A stretch of 64,000 nt of DNA from Turneriella sp. (GCA_965279515.1 CBDIID010000003.1:1824001-1888000), one strand, 5' to 3'. Shown: positions 28,752-39,601, counted from the stretch's first letter. Numbers and translations are program-made. Notes: generated by a model from the sequence alone, not told the origin.

Positions 28752-31700
28752 ATGGCATCCCGATTCAAATCACTGCAACCGCACCACTGGCGCAATGCCG
28801 CAATTGTTCTAGCCATTTTTGTAACAATGATCGCTGTTGCCGTGTTATGCGGCTGGGCCTTCAATATTCCCGTACTTAAGAGCGTTATACCTGGTTTAGC
28901 GGCCATGAAGGTCAATACTGCCCTGGGGATGTTATTTTCAGGTGCAGCACTCTCGGTTGCTTTAATCCGCGGCGCCGCACCTTACAAAAAAATCATAGTT
29001 CTTATTCTGGCGCTATTGCTCTTCGTGCTGGGCTTGGCAACACTCACCGAGTACTTTCTGGATGTTGATCTAAAAATCGATCAAATGCTGTTCGCCGATT
29101 CCGACAGTGTTGAAACCTCTCATCCGGGACGGATGTCGCCCTCCAGTGCCTTCTGTTTTCTGATTGTTGCAACAGCGCTTTTACTTTCACTGCGGGAAAA
29201 ATCGAACCTGCGCCTGCCACTCGTATCCGCGCTTGCCGTTACCCTTACGCTGATTGGCTCACTCAACCTCCTGGGGCAGCTAACGAACTATCTTCTCGGA
29301 TGGCAATGGTGGAATTATTCCGGCGTTGCTTTGCATACGGCGGCTTGTTTTATTCTAATCGGTCTCGCCCTGATGACTTTATTGCGCAGTGAGATCAATG
29401 CCGTTTGGTCCCTGAGCCTTGTGATGACGACCGGTTTCGCCGTTTGCATCATATCGCTACTGGCCATCGGTACAATTTCTTTCCATTTTACCAAACGCCT
29501 GAAGCAAACGTCGCAGCTGGTTCATCATACTCACCGTGTGCTAAAGGAAATTGAAAATGTCCGGGCTGCTTTATCCGATCTCGAAAGCAGCCAGCGCGGT
29601 TTTTTGATTCTGGGACGTGAGAGTATGCTCACGGGTAGAGAGGCCGTTAAAAGAGAAATCCGGATAAATCTTCAGGCAATCCGTGTGCTAATGGCGGACA
29701 ACCTCACCCAGCAGGAGCATCTTAGCCGGCTGATAAAGCTCATCCCTGAGCGCATTAAATTCGGCGATCTCACGATCGCAGCGCGTAAAACCCAGGGTTG
29801 GCTTCCAGCGCAGGCGCTGGTGGCCACAGGTAAGGGCATCGAGCTCACCGAAAAAATCCATCTGCTCCTAAAAAACCTGCGTGATGAAGAATACCGCTTA
29901 GGCCTGCTACGCGAACAAAATGCCACCAGAGCGGTCACATCCACATTTCTCTTTTTGCCGCTCGGTATCTTTCTCAGCCTGGCAATGGTAATATGCGGTG
30001 TATTTTTGCTAAACGCAGGAATCAGCGATAAGCAGCAAGCAGAATCGCACGTGGCGTTTCAGGCGAGCCTCTTAAGCCAGATTAACGACGCCGTCATTGC
30101 CGTGGACGCCGAATCGCATATCACGGCCTGGAATCACGCCGCTGAAACCCTCTACGGCTGGCGCGAAGCTGAAGTCCGTGGCAAACCTTCGTCGCAAATC
30201 ATACGGTCCCTGCTGACTCCCGAAGCACGGCAACAAATCTGGCAACAGATTATGGACGACGGGTCGTGCCGCCATGAATTTGTGCAGGTACACCGGGACG
30301 GCACCGTACTGCACGTCGAAGGCAATACGATCGCCCTGCGCGACGAGCAGGGTACATTCACGGGAGTGCTGAGCGTTAACCGCGATATCGGCGAGAGAAA
30401 ACGCGAAGAAGCACGAAGATTGATTTCTGAAGAACGCTACCGCGCGTTATTCGAAACCCTGATCGAAGGGTTTTGTACTATTGAACTGATCTTCGACGAA
30501 GAAAACAAACCTCTCGATTTCCGGTTCATCGAGGTTAACCCCGCTTTCGAAAAACAAACCGGTTTGCGCGATGTCGAAGGGCGGCTCATAAGCGACGTAA
30601 CCCCGGGTCTCGAAAAATACTGGCTTGAGACTTATGGGAAAGTTGCTTTGACGGGCGAACCGCTGCAATTCGAGAACGAGGCGAAGGTTTTGGGTCGCCA
30701 TTTTTACGTCTGCGCCTACCGGGTAGGCGAGAACACCGGCCAGAGAGTTGCCATACTCTTCAACGACATCACGGAACGTAAAAATGCCGAAGCAAAAATA
30801 CTGAACATCAACGCCGAACTGGAACAACGAGTCATGGATCGTACCCGCGAGCTACAGAGTCAGACAAACAAACTGCAACAGCTCATCGAATCTTCACCCG
30901 ATGCGATTATCACGCTGGACCTGACAAGGCGATATGTCACCTCGTGGAACAATTCGGCGGAATCCATGTATGGTTACACGGCCGCTGAGGCCATCGGCAA
31001 GACGACCGACGAACTCGTGACAACCGAACGCGTCAACGCCACGCCGGAAAGCGTTTCGCAGAGCCTCGCCGCAACCGGGCGATGGCAGGGTGAGATTATT
31101 CAGTATAACAAACGGGGCGAGAAACTTTATCTGCTCTGCTCCGCAGCTTTCGTACGCGACGGCGACGGCAAGCCCACAGGACTCATTTCCATCAACCGTG
31201 ATATCTCCGCATTAAAAGAACATGAACAACAGCAGCGCGAACTCAACATAATCCTCGAAAAAAATATGGACCAGCTGACTGCCGCCAATCGCGAACTTGA
31301 GGCCTTTTCTTATTCGGTGTCGCATGACCTGCGGGCACCGCTCAGGGGTATCGACGGCTGGAGCCTGGCGTTACTCGAAGACTACGGAGACCAGCTCGAC
31401 GCCCAGGCACGGCAATACCTCGAGCGGGTTCGCTCCGAAACCAAACGTATGGATCTGCTGGTGGACGCGATGCTCGATCTGTCACGTATCAGCCGCGCAG
31501 AAATGCAGCCCGAAAAAACCGATATCAGTGCCATCGCCCGCACCATTTCAGAACGGCTGAACGAATCGGATAAGGGCAGAAAAACCGACTGGCGCATACA
31601 ACCCGGCCTTTGGATCATGGGCGATCCTCCACTCGTGGAAATTGCGCTCTCTAACCTGTTGGGCAACGCTTTCAAATTTACGAAAAGAACGGAGAACGCC

Positions 31701-31961
31701 TGCATTGAGTTCGGTCAAAACCAGGACAATAAACGGCGGCCATTCTTTATCCGCGACAACGGCGCCGGTTTTGATATGAATTTTGCGAAAAAACTCTTCG
31801 GCGCATTCCAGAGAATGCATAAAGCCTCCGATTTTGCGGGAACCGGAGTCGGGCTTGCCACCGTACAGCGCATTATACACAGACACGGTGGGGAGATCTG
31901 GGCTGAGTCCGCTGTCCATAAAGGGGCAACTTTCTATTTCACCATGGGAGAAATGATATGA
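28752..31961 (+). CDS. Multi-TM CHASE3/PAS sensor histidine kinase
   Basis: HPGRMS TM region, CHASE3 LESSQRGFLI, three PAS domains, FSYSVSHDLRAPLR, GTGVGLA. Confidence 0.9.
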   Translation: MASRFKSLQPHHWRNAAIVLAIFVTMIAVAVLCGWAFNIPVLKSVIPGLAAMKVNTALGMLFSGAALSVALIRGAAPYKKIIVLILALLLFVLGLATLTEYFLDVDLKIDQMLFADSDSVETSHPGRMSPSSAFCFLIVATALLLSLREKSNLRLPLVSALAVTLTLIGSLNLLGQLTNYLLGWQWWNYSGVALHTAACFILIGLALMTLLRSEINAVWSLSLVMTTGFAVCIISLLAIGTISFHFTKRLKQTSQLVHHTHRVLKEIENVRAALSDLESSQRGFLILGRESMLTGREAVKREIRINLQAIRVLMADNLTQQEHLSRLIKLIPERIKFGDLTIAARKTQGWLPAQALVATGKGIELTEKIHLLLKNLRDEEYRLGLLREQNATRAVTSTFLFLPLGIFLSLAMVICGVFLLNAGISDKQQAESHVAFQASLLSQINDAVIAVDAESHITAWNHAAETLYGWREAEVRGKPSSQIIRSLLTPEARQQIWQQIMDDGSCRHEFVQVHRDGTVLHVEGNTIALRDEQGTFTGVLSVNRDIGERKREEARRLISEERYRALFETLIEGFCTIELIFDEENKPLDFRFIEVNPAFEKQTGLRDVEGRLISDVTPGLEKYWLETYGKVALTGEPLQFENEAKVLGRHFYVCAYRVGENTGQRVAILFNDITERKNAEAKILNINAELEQRVMDRTRELQSQTNKLQQLIESSPDAIITLDLTRRYVTSWNNSAESMYGYTAAEAIGKTTDELVTTERVNATPESVSQSLAATGRWQGEIIQYNKRGEKLYLLCSAAFVRDGDGKPTGLISINRDISALKEHEQQQRELNIILEKNMDQLTAANRELEAFSYSVSHDLRAPLRGIDGWSLALLEDYGDQLDAQARQYLERVRSETKRMDLLVDAMLDLSRISRAEMQPEKTDISAIARTISERLNESDKGRKTDWRIQPGLWIMGDPPLVEIALSNLLGNAFKFTKRTENACIEFGQNQDNKRRPFFIRDNGAGFDMNFAKKLFGAFQRMHKASDFAGTGVGLATVQRIIHRHGGEIWAESAVHKGATFYFTMGEMI

Positions 31962-32401
31962 CGTCTAAAATGATTTTGCTCGTTGAGGATAATCCCAGCG
32001 ATATCGAACTGACAAGACGTGCCCTGACGAAAAGTAAAATCGTCAATGAGCTCGTCGTCGCTGAAGACGGCATTGAGGCACTGGACTTTCTGTTTGGCAG
32101 GGAAAAACACGCGGGCCGCAACACCGCAGACCTGCCCGGCCTGGTATTGCTCGACCTGAAACTGCCACGCCTCGACGGTCTCGATGTCCTCAAAGAGATA
32201 AGGGCAAACCCAATGACGCACCGGCTCCCTGTGGTAATCCTGACTACTTCGAAAGAAGACCAGGACGTGGCTATGAGTTATGATCTGGGCGCGAACAGTT
32301 ATATCCGTAAGCCTGTGGATTTTGTACAATTTGTCGAGGCTGTCCAGCATCTGGGACTCTACTGGCTTGTGCTGAACGAAATGCCTCCAAAAAATTCATA
32401 A
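31958..32401 (+). CDS. Single-domain response regulator (Rcp1-like)
   Basis: LVEDNPSD, LLDLKLP, LGANSYIRKPVDF. Confidence 0.92.
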   Translation: MTSKMILLVEDNPSDIELTRRALTKSKIVNELVVAEDGIEALDFLFGREKHAGRNTADLPGLVLLDLKLPRLDGLDVLKEIRANPMTHRLPVVILTTSKEDQDVAMSYDLGANSYIRKPVDFVQFVEAVQHLGLYWLVLNEMPPKNS

Positions 32402-32403
32402 CG

Positions 32404-34704
32404 ATGTCTACGCCGCTAGCGGTTCTGATCGTTGAAGATGACGAGAGCGATGCCGACCTGGTGTTGCGGCTATTGCGCAAAGCAGATTATGATCTGACCT
32501 GGCAGAGGGTCGACACGGCAGACCAAATGCGCTCTGCGCTCGCAGCCCGTGAGTGGGATATAATTATTTCCGATTATAATTTGCCGCAGTTTGATGGCTT
32601 TGCCGCACTCGTGCTCTTGCAAGAAACCCAGCGGGATATCCCCTTTATTGTTTTATCGGCGACGATGACAGAACAGACCGCCGTGGATCTCATGAAAGCC
32701 GGTGCGCGGGACTATATCGTGAAAGCGCGCAAGACCCGACTGGTGCCGGCGATTGCGCGCGAACTCATCAGCCGTGACATGCGCCGCAATAAGCAGAAGA
32801 GCGAGCAGGCGCTGCTCGCCGCAAACCGCGAGCTGACGCTGCTCTACAACAATTTACCCTATGCCATGTTTTCCCTGGATGTGGCTGCGAAGAAAATGCT
32901 GCAGGCTTCTGCCGGGCATCAGGCCGTTTTCGGTTACCCGCCTGCCGACTTCTTGAAAAAACCGGGGTTATGGTATGAGCTGATCGTGCGTGAAGACAAA
33001 CCCATTGTCGATGCAGGCAATGCTAAACTTGCAGCGGGAGAAACCGTTCAGCATGAATTCCGCATCGTCAGACCCGACGGTGAGACCCGCTGGATTCAGG
33101 CCCTGATCATGCCGACGCTGGGCGCCGGGGATAAACTCGTGCGCATCGACGGCATCGCGTCTGACATTACGGAGAGCAAAAAGATCACGGAGACTCAGGC
33201 CCAGCTTGCGGCGATCATCGGTTCGTCAAATGACGCCATCATGGGTGTCTCCCTGAACGGCAACATCACCAGCTGGAACAGGGGTGCCGAGCGGGTCTTC
33301 GGCTACAAACCGGAGGAGATTATCGGCCGGTCGATCACCCTACTGGTGCCCGACGACCGAACCAGCGAAGGGCTCGAGATCGTGAAGCGCGTACTGCGCG
33401 GTGAAACGGTTCGTAATTTTGAAACGGTTAGAAAACACAGCAGCGGTAAACTCATCGACATTTCGCTGAGCGTCTCACCCATCATCAACGCGCAGGGAGA
33501 AATTACCGCCCTGGCAGGTATTTCACGCGATATCACCGATCGCGACAAATTGCAGGAACAATTACGGCAGTCGCAGAAGCTAGAAGCGTTTGGCCAGCTC
33601 GCCGGCGGCGTGGCGCACGACTTTAATAATCTGCTGATGGTGATCAACGGCAACCTTGAAATCTTACAAAACGAAATGGCTTCGGGAAATCCCGTTGCCG
33701 GCTTTATCGCCGACATCAGGGATGCCGCGCAAAAGGCCCAAGCGCTTACAAAACAACTGCTGGCTTTCAGCCGGAAGCAGGTTCTAGCACCAAAGGTGCT
33801 CGATCTGAATGAGGTCGTCAGCCGCACCGAAAACATGCTGGCGCGACTGATCGGTGAAGATATCAGGCTCCACAGTATTCTGGACCCTGCGCTGTACCGG
33901 GTCAGAATCGACGCAAGCCAGCTCGACCAGGTACTCATCAATCTCGCTGTCAATGCACGCGACGCGATGCCACGCGGCGGCACCCTCACTTTTGAAACGC
34001 GCAATCTCGAATGGCCCTCCGGAGACCGGGAAACGGAACCCGATCTGGAACCGGGTAGTTATGTCATGCTTTCCGTATCGGATAACGGCATCGGTATGAA
34101 TGCAGCGCTCAGGGCTAAGGTATTTGAACCCTTTTTCACAACGAAGCCGTTGGGCACAGGCACGGGCCTGGGATTGGCAACGGTTTTCGGCATTGTCAAA
34201 CAGAGCGGGGGGCATATCCAGCTTTATAGCGAAGAAGGTGTTGGAACTTCTTTCAAGATCTACTTGCCGGCAGTTTTTGAGAGCGAAAGCCCGCAGGCAA
34301 AATCCGAAAATTCCATGAAAACCCTGGGGGGTACGGAAACAATCCTGCTTGTTGAAGATGAAGCCGCCGTGCGTAAGATTGTCAAAAGAACCCTGGAAAG
34401 CCGGGGTTACCACGTCATCGAAGCCGTTAACGGGGAAGACGCGATCAGGCTCAGTGAAACACACAAGGGAAAAATACACTTACTCGTTACGGATGTTATC
34501 ATGCCTGAAATGGGCGGGCGGCAACTGGCACAAATTCTGCGGGACCGCACCCCCGGCTTTCGCGTACTTTTTATGAGCGGGTATACCGACGACGCCGTAG
34601 TGCGCCACGGCATCATCCATGAGACGGAATCCTTTCTGCAGAAACCATTCTCTTCAGCGGCGCTGATCGGGAAGGTGCGCGCGATGCTCGATGACATGAG
34701 GTAA
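32404..34704 (+). CDS. Hybrid kinase REC-PAS-PAS-HisKA-HATPase-REC
   Basis: AGGVAHDFNNLL, FEPFFTTK, GTGLGL; receiver domains at both ends. Confidence 0.92.
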   Translation: MSTPLAVLIVEDDESDADLVLRLLRKADYDLTWQRVDTADQMRSALAAREWDIIISDYNLPQFDGFAALVLLQETQRDIPFIVLSATMTEQTAVDLMKAGARDYIVKARKTRLVPAIARELISRDMRRNKQKSEQALLAANRELTLLYNNLPYAMFSLDVAAKKMLQASAGHQAVFGYPPADFLKKPGLWYELIVREDKPIVDAGNAKLAAGETVQHEFRIVRPDGETRWIQALIMPTLGAGDKLVRIDGIASDITESKKITETQAQLAAIIGSSNDAIMGVSLNGNITSWNRGAERVFGYKPEEIIGRSITLLVPDDRTSEGLEIVKRVLRGETVRNFETVRKHSSGKLIDISLSVSPIINAQGEITALAGISRDITDRDKLQEQLRQSQKLEAFGQLAGGVAHDFNNLLMVINGNLEILQNEMASGNPVAGFIADIRDAAQKAQALTKQLLAFSRKQVLAPKVLDLNEVVSRTENMLARLIGEDIRLHSILDPALYRVRIDASQLDQVLINLAVNARDAMPRGGTLTFETRNLEWPSGDRETEPDLEPGSYVMLSVSDNGIGMNAALRAKVFEPFFTTKPLGTGTGLGLATVFGIVKQSGGHIQLYSEEGVGTSFKIYLPAVFESESPQAKSENSMKTLGGTETILLVEDEAAVRKIVKRTLESRGYHVIEAVNGEDAIRLSETHKGKIHLLVTDVIMPEMGGRQLAQILRDRTPGFRVLFMSGYTDDAVVRHGIIHETESFLQKPFSSAALIGKVRAMLDDMR

Positions 34705-34861
34705 TGTGGCTACACGCTAGTCGCTTTCCCCTGGGGATATCCGCCCATTTTTGCCATGACGCTGCTTATGGAGCGGGCGCACCAGGCTCAGCAGAGTTTT
34801 TCGAGTGACCTGCAATAGGCATAATGGCTTGACCGCCAACCCCTTCTAAAAACTGACAGCC

Positions 34862-36007
34862 ATGTCAGAAACAATCGGAAAACAAAAACTTTCCTGGCCG
34901 ACCATTGCCTTTCTCACAGGCACGCCGCCCCTTGCCGCTGCGGGAATCTTTTACTGGTTCTATGCGGGCATGTTCAACTGGGCAACCTTCATTCTCTTTC
35001 TGCTGATGTGGACTGCGGTTGGCATTTCCACAACTGCTGGCTACCACCGCCTGTTCACGCACCGCGCCTACGAAGCCTCATGGCCTGTTCGCTTGTTTTT
35101 CCTGCTGTTCGGTGCGGCATCCTGGGAAGCGTCAGCATGGCGCTGGACGATGGACCACCACAAGCACCACCGCTATGTCGACACCGAACGCGATCCTTAC
35201 AACATCCGGCAGGGCTTTTGGTATGCGCACCTGCTCTGGCTGTTTAAAGACCGCGAATACGACCACGCTTCGCCGCTGGGCATCGAGTATGGCAAAGACC
35301 CGCTGATTCGCTTTCAGCATAGATTTTATTACCCGATCGCCATTGGTTTTGCTTTTGTACTGCCGGCGGCGATCGCCGCGATTTGGGGTGATGCCTTCGG
35401 CGGATTTATTCTCGCGGGGCTGGGTGTGGTTGTGATCAACCACCATTTCACATTCTCGATCAACTCATTCTGCCACTGGTTGGGTAAACAACCCTACTCC
35501 GATAAACACTCGGCGCGCGACAGTGTGTTTCTCGCCTTCTTTAACTACGGCGAGGGTTACCACAACTACCACCACGAATTCCCGAACGACTATCGTAACG
35601 GCATCCGCTGGTATCACTGGGACCCGACAAAGTGGCTGATCCGCACTCTGTATGCGCTGAACCTCGTGAAGAACCTGAAATCCGTGTCCGCAGAACTCAT
35701 CGTGAAGCGCAAGATCGCCATGCAGCAAAAACAGGTACAAAATGCTGTCGTGAGCAAGATGCCGTCGTTTGCCGAAATGGCGCAGCAGATGTCTGCACTG
35801 GCTGCCGAACATGCGCTCAGCGCCGCGCGCAAGTGGAGCGAGCTCAGGAAAGAATACGCGCAGTTAAAACAGCAGAAGACCGCCGAGATGCGGGCACAGG
35901 TCGAAGAGGTCAAACGCCGCATGATACTCGCGCGGCGCGAGTTTGAGCTTTTGTTCGAGCGCTACAGAAATCTCAACAAGGGATTTCTGAAAATGGCCGA
36001 GGCATAG
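34862..36007 (+). CDS. Acyl-CoA/acyl-lipid delta-9 desaturase
   Basis: His boxes YHRLFTH, HHKHH, YHNYHH; DPTKW. Confidence 0.92.
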   Translation: MSETIGKQKLSWPTIAFLTGTPPLAAAGIFYWFYAGMFNWATFILFLLMWTAVGISTTAGYHRLFTHRAYEASWPVRLFFLLFGAASWEASAWRWTMDHHKHHRYVDTERDPYNIRQGFWYAHLLWLFKDREYDHASPLGIEYGKDPLIRFQHRFYYPIAIGFAFVLPAAIAAIWGDAFGGFILAGLGVVVINHHFTFSINSFCHWLGKQPYSDKHSARDSVFLAFFNYGEGYHNYHHEFPNDYRNGIRWYHWDPTKWLIRTLYALNLVKNLKSVSAELIVKRKIAMQQKQVQNAVVSKMPSFAEMAQQMSALAAEHALSAARKWSELRKEYAQLKQQKTAEMRAQVEEVKRRMILARREFELLFERYRNLNKGFLKMAEA

Positions 36008-36058
36008 AACATACAAAATACGATTGAAGACCTGAAATCAGACCGAAACCCGGAACAA

Positions 36059-36547
36059 ATGAAAATCCACCCCCCAGGTTTAATGCTTATCTTATTTGCG
36101 ACGGTCTCTGGTGCTTTGTTCTTACATGCGACGCAGGAAACGATTATCGAAAGCGAAGCCCGGCAGTTCGGCGAGCGTGCAATTACGCGCGGATTTCAGT
36201 GCCGCACAGAGGTGCACCGGAAATCAGGCCTTAACTTCGACGTTCCGATTGAAATGGATAAGAACATTCTGTACCACATCGCAATTGTCACAGGTAGGGG
36301 AGAAAATACAATACACCCGGTAAGTGTCGCCCTGATCAATCAGGATAAAAAAACTATTCGGATCGATACACAAAACACGATATTCGGTGCCGAACTAAAA
36401 CTGCATCCGGTGACTACCGGGCGGAAAACGCTGAAGGTTCAGTTTTCAGGCAAGACCGATTATTCGCTGGTTTTATGTGCCAACTACGCCTCGCTCTACC
36501 ATACAGGAGAGAAAGACGCAGCGGCCACAGACCACTCGCATTTTTAG
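36059..36547 (+). CDS. Hypothetical secreted protein
   Basis: Signal peptide ending LHA; beta-rich mature region. Confidence 0.6.
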   Translation: MKIHPPGLMLILFATVSGALFLHATQETIIESEARQFGERAITRGFQCRTEVHRKSGLNFDVPIEMDKNILYHIAIVTGRGENTIHPVSVALINQDKKTIRIDTQNTIFGAELKLHPVTTGRKTLKVQFSGKTDYSLVLCANYASLYHTGEKDAAATDHSHF

Positions 36548-36548
36548 C

Positions 36549-37457
36549 TCAGGCCGACTTCGCTTCAATATACTTCGCGGCTTCAGCAAAGAACTCTTTC
36601 GCCAAAAGATCATTATCTGAATCGTCCGGATGGAAATCCGGGCGAACATAAGGCAACACACTCTTCAGGGTTTCTGTAACGAGTTTAAAATACGTGGGCA
36701 CCGATTCGGCCATCGCCTGCGGCAGGGAAACCTTGCTCATCTCTTTATCGGCCATGAGGTAGTGCCCCCAACCAAGGCCGATGTAATAGAGTAGATAAAA
36801 CGAACCGAACGTGAAGCCCAGCATGCGTTCGCCATAGCCGCCTTTTGCGACGTCTTTAAAGACATCAAAGGCGACAGACTTATGTTCAATTTCTTCCGCT
36901 GCATGCCATAGGAACATCTGGCGCATATCGTCAGGCATGCCCGCCGAAATATCCGGATTTCTCAGAACGGTTTCGGCAATCGAAGCAGTGTAGTGTTCCA
37001 ATGCGGCGGTGATCGATAGCCCGATGCGCTGCTGCGCCTCTTTGCCGACCACTTTTTCGAGCAGATCAAACCAGACAGACTCGTGGCTTGCCTTACCGTC
37101 GCTGCGGTAGGCATTTTTCTCATACCACTGAGACCAGGCCGAACCCTCAAGGCCCATCTTGTCGAGGCTCGCGAGAAATTTTTCATGCTGCATGCCATGC
37201 TGAATTTCCTGACCGATGAAGGCCTTCACGCGCTCTTTCAGTTCGGGGTTCTGTATCTGCTTGTCGAACCATTTCACACTGCGCACAAAATACCGCTCAC
37301 CCGCAGGAAAAACCGAGTGCAGGGAATTCATAAAATGTGTCATAAACGGGTTGCCGCGAAACCAATGGCGCTCCATGGTCTTTTCATGGCCGAATGCGAT
37401 GCGGCGCACGGTGATGTCGGATTGTTTTTGGGGAGGATTATTTTTTACGAGTTCCAT
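36549..37457 (-). CDS. Predicted metal-dependent hydrolase family protein (ferritin-like di-metal motifs)
   Basis: FPAGERYF, GQEIQH, ALEHYTA, WHAAEEIEHKSVAFD, FHP. Confidence 0.85.
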   Translation of the reverse strand: MELVKNNPPQKQSDITVRRIAFGHEKTMERHWFRGNPFMTHFMNSLHSVFPAGERYFVRSVKWFDKQIQNPELKERVKAFIGQEIQHGMQHEKFLASLDKMGLEGSAWSQWYEKNAYRSDGKASHESVWFDLLEKVVGKEAQQRIGLSITAALEHYTASIAETVLRNPDISAGMPDDMRQMFLWHAAEEIEHKSVAFDVFKDVAKGGYGERMLGFTFGSFYLLYYIGLGWGHYLMADKEMSKVSLPQAMAESVPTYFKLVTETLKSVLPYVRPDFHPDDSDNDLLAKEFFAEAAKYIEAKSA

Positions 37458-37496
37458 ACCTCAAACTGCGCAAAGGTGAACAATCCGTCAATTAAA

Positions 37497-37514
37497 AATG
37501 AACACTTGTTCATT
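37497..37514. promoter_or_regulatory. Perfect palindromic operator AATGAACA-CT-TGTTCATT (TetR-type)
   Basis: 8+8 bp inverted repeat just upstream of the minus-strand TTGACG (37486-37491) of the 36549..37457 gene. Confidence 0.6.
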
Positions 37515-37592
37515 AATGACGTTGCCGTGGGTTGCCGAAAAAGGATCGAAAACCGAAAGCCTCGCCGTTTGCTACTAGCTCTCTGCACTTTT

Positions 37593-38078
37593 TTAGGCAA
37601 CCTTTCCTTGCTCCAGCTCCAAAAGCTTCTTCTTTCTTGGTAATCCCCCGCCATAACCTGTCAGTGTGCCGTTCGCGCCGATGACACGGTGGCAGGGAAC
37701 GATAATCGCAATCGGATTCTTGCCGTTCGCGAGGCCCACCGCGCGCGATGCCTTGGGACTGCCCACGCGGCGCGCCAGTTCGCCATACGAAATCGTTTGC
37801 CCGAACGGAATTTTCGTGAGCTCGCCCCAGACACGCTTTTGAAACTCGGTGCCGCGAAACGCCAGCGGCAAATCGAAATGATCGAGCAGGCCAGCGAAGT
37901 AGGATTTCAACTGTTCTGCAGCCAGCTTCAGCGCCGGCACATCGGCCTTCTGTACCCAGTCGGCGCCGATTTCAGCCGCATACTTTTGTTTATCCATCGA
38001 CACACGAATCAGGTCTTTGCCGTCAGACACAAGCAAGAGCTCGCCTATCGGACTTTCCACTTTTGTATAATAGGTCAT
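37593..38078 (-). CDS. ogt: Methylated-DNA--protein-cysteine methyltransferase
   Basis: GTEFQKRVW, NPIAIIVPCHRVIG; ATGA overlap with the upstream gene. Confidence 0.95.
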   Translation of the reverse strand: MTYYTKVESPIGELLLVSDGKDLIRVSMDKQKYAAEIGADWVQKADVPALKLAAEQLKSYFAGLLDHFDLPLAFRGTEFQKRVWGELTKIPFGQTISYGELARRVGSPKASRAVGLANGKNPIAIIVPCHRVIGANGTLTGYGGGLPRKKKLLELEQGKVA

Positions 38079-39505
38079 TTTTCCTCCGAAAAATTTTTCC
38101 ACAGATGTATAACTGCATACGAACGCCATGGCCGCCAGGCCTCTGCCTGCGACAGAACCTTCCGCGGATCCTTTTCCTTCATGGCTTTCATCACAACGAG
38201 ATCCGTATGCGGAAAAGCATCGGGCCAGCTGAAGCAACGCATGGCAATATATTGCGCAGTCCACTCGCCGATGCCCGGTAATGCCGTGAGGGCTTTAATT
38301 TGCGCTGCGACGTCCACCTGCGGTTCGAGGGAGATTTCTCCCCGGACAATGCCCCGCGCCAGGGCCAGAATCGACTCAGCACGTTTGGAAATGATCCCCA
38401 GTTTTGCAATGTCTGCAACCGTTGCCTGAGCCACACGTTCCGCAGTGGGAGTTAAATGGCTGAGGCCTGCCATTTCCGTCGCGAATTTTTCGCCGAACCT
38501 TTCGGAGAAACGGCTCGCGAGGGTGGTGGCGGCTTTCACCGTGATCTGCTGCCCCAGAATCGCGCGCACGGCAATTTCAAAGGCCTCGAAGGCACCCGGT
38601 ACACGCAACCCGGGATTTTTCACCGCGAGAGATCCCAACTGTTTGGCGATCTGCACCGGGTCGGCGGCGAGATCAAAGAGCTTCTTGAGCCGGGACAGTA
38701 CCGGGACAAGCACCGGCAACAAGGCAGGGCTTAAGCGGGCAGTGAGGGTATTCGGTTTAGCGCCTTCACCCACGACAACAATGCCGCGTACTTTGCCGAG
38801 TTGCGCAGTGCGCATATAAAGACCGTCGGCCATTTTTTCGACGCCTGTCACCGCACGCAGGGCAAGAAAGGCCGTCATCGCCTGCCAGTCGAAGGGCGGG
38901 CGGTAACCGAGATCGCAGAGAATAAAATCCCCCCCTTGTTTCTGGCGCCGCGTTTCCCGGAATTTTTTTGGCTGCAGGCGGTAGCGTTCTTTGAACAGAG
39001 TGTTGAAACGCCTGAGGCTTGAAAAACCGCTGGCAAAAGCAATGTCGGTGACCGGCAAATCGGTGTCTGTCAGCAACCGCTTCGTCAGATGCAGGCGCTG
39101 GGTCTGCGCCAGCTCAATCGGCGAGACTCCGAGCTCGCTCTCAAGCACGCGGCGCAGATGGCGGTCTGTGACGCCAAATTCGTCGGCGAGGTCGGCAACC
39201 GAGGCACGGGTTAAGGCACCCTCGTCGATGCGTGCCATGGCAAGGCGGGCCAGGCGGCTCACCGCATCCATCGACGAATTGCCGGGCGCCAGCTCGGGGC
39301 GGCAGCGCAGGCAGGGCCGGTACCCCGCCTCTTCGGCTGCGGCGGCCGTGGGATAAAACGTGCAGTTCTTTTGTAGCGGCGTCTTCACGCGGCAGATTGT
39401 ACGGCAGTAGATTTTCGTGCTGGCAACGGCGATATAGAACATGCCGTCGAAACGTGCATCGCGCGTCAGCACCGCCTGGTAACAACCTTCGTCGTTCAGC
39501 TTCAC
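38075..39505 (-). CDS. alkA: Ada Zn-binding/AraC - AlkA DNA-3-methyladenine glycosylase fusion
   Basis: IYCRTIC, RPCLRCRP, AraC HTH, RAILGQQI, LPGIGEWTA, WRPWRSYA. Confidence 0.92.
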   Translation of the reverse strand: MKLNDEGCYQAVLTRDARFDGMFYIAVASTKIYCRTICRVKTPLQKNCTFYPTAAAAEEAGYRPCLRCRPELAPGNSSMDAVSRLARLAMARIDEGALTRASVADLADEFGVTDRHLRRVLESELGVSPIELAQTQRLHLTKRLLTDTDLPVTDIAFASGFSSLRRFNTLFKERYRLQPKKFRETRRQKQGGDFILCDLGYRPPFDWQAMTAFLALRAVTGVEKMADGLYMRTAQLGKVRGIVVVGEGAKPNTLTARLSPALLPVLVPVLSRLKKLFDLAADPVQIAKQLGSLAVKNPGLRVPGAFEAFEIAVRAILGQQITVKAATTLASRFSERFGEKFATEMAGLSHLTPTAERVAQATVADIAKLGIISKRAESILALARGIVRGEISLEPQVDVAAQIKALTALPGIGEWTAQYIAMRCFSWPDAFPHTDLVVMKAMKEKDPRKVLSQAEAWRPWRSYAVIHLWKNFSEEK

Positions 39506-39601
39506 GCAAACAATATGATAAAACTCACCGCCACCGACTCGCCATTTTCGGACCTGATAATTTCCCGCTCGACGCCCGGCCGATCGGCAGAGGCATACCC
39601 T

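Noticed and set aside
33303..34479. Long antisense ORFs (233 aa, 231 aa) and similar ones at 15270, 21776, 37689, 40973, 47392 and 60213
   Set aside because: They lie wholly opposite well-supported genes and have no motifs; shadow ORFs are expected at this GC content.
28752..34704. Kinase, response regulator and hybrid kinase cassette as a novel system
   Set aside because: This is a common three-gene phosphorelay arrangement with standard domains.
39506..39555. Candidate Ada-binding box upstream of alkA (CTCGCCATTTTCGGAC)
   Set aside because: Plausible, but it is a single instance with no symmetry and I cannot support it without a comparative alignment.
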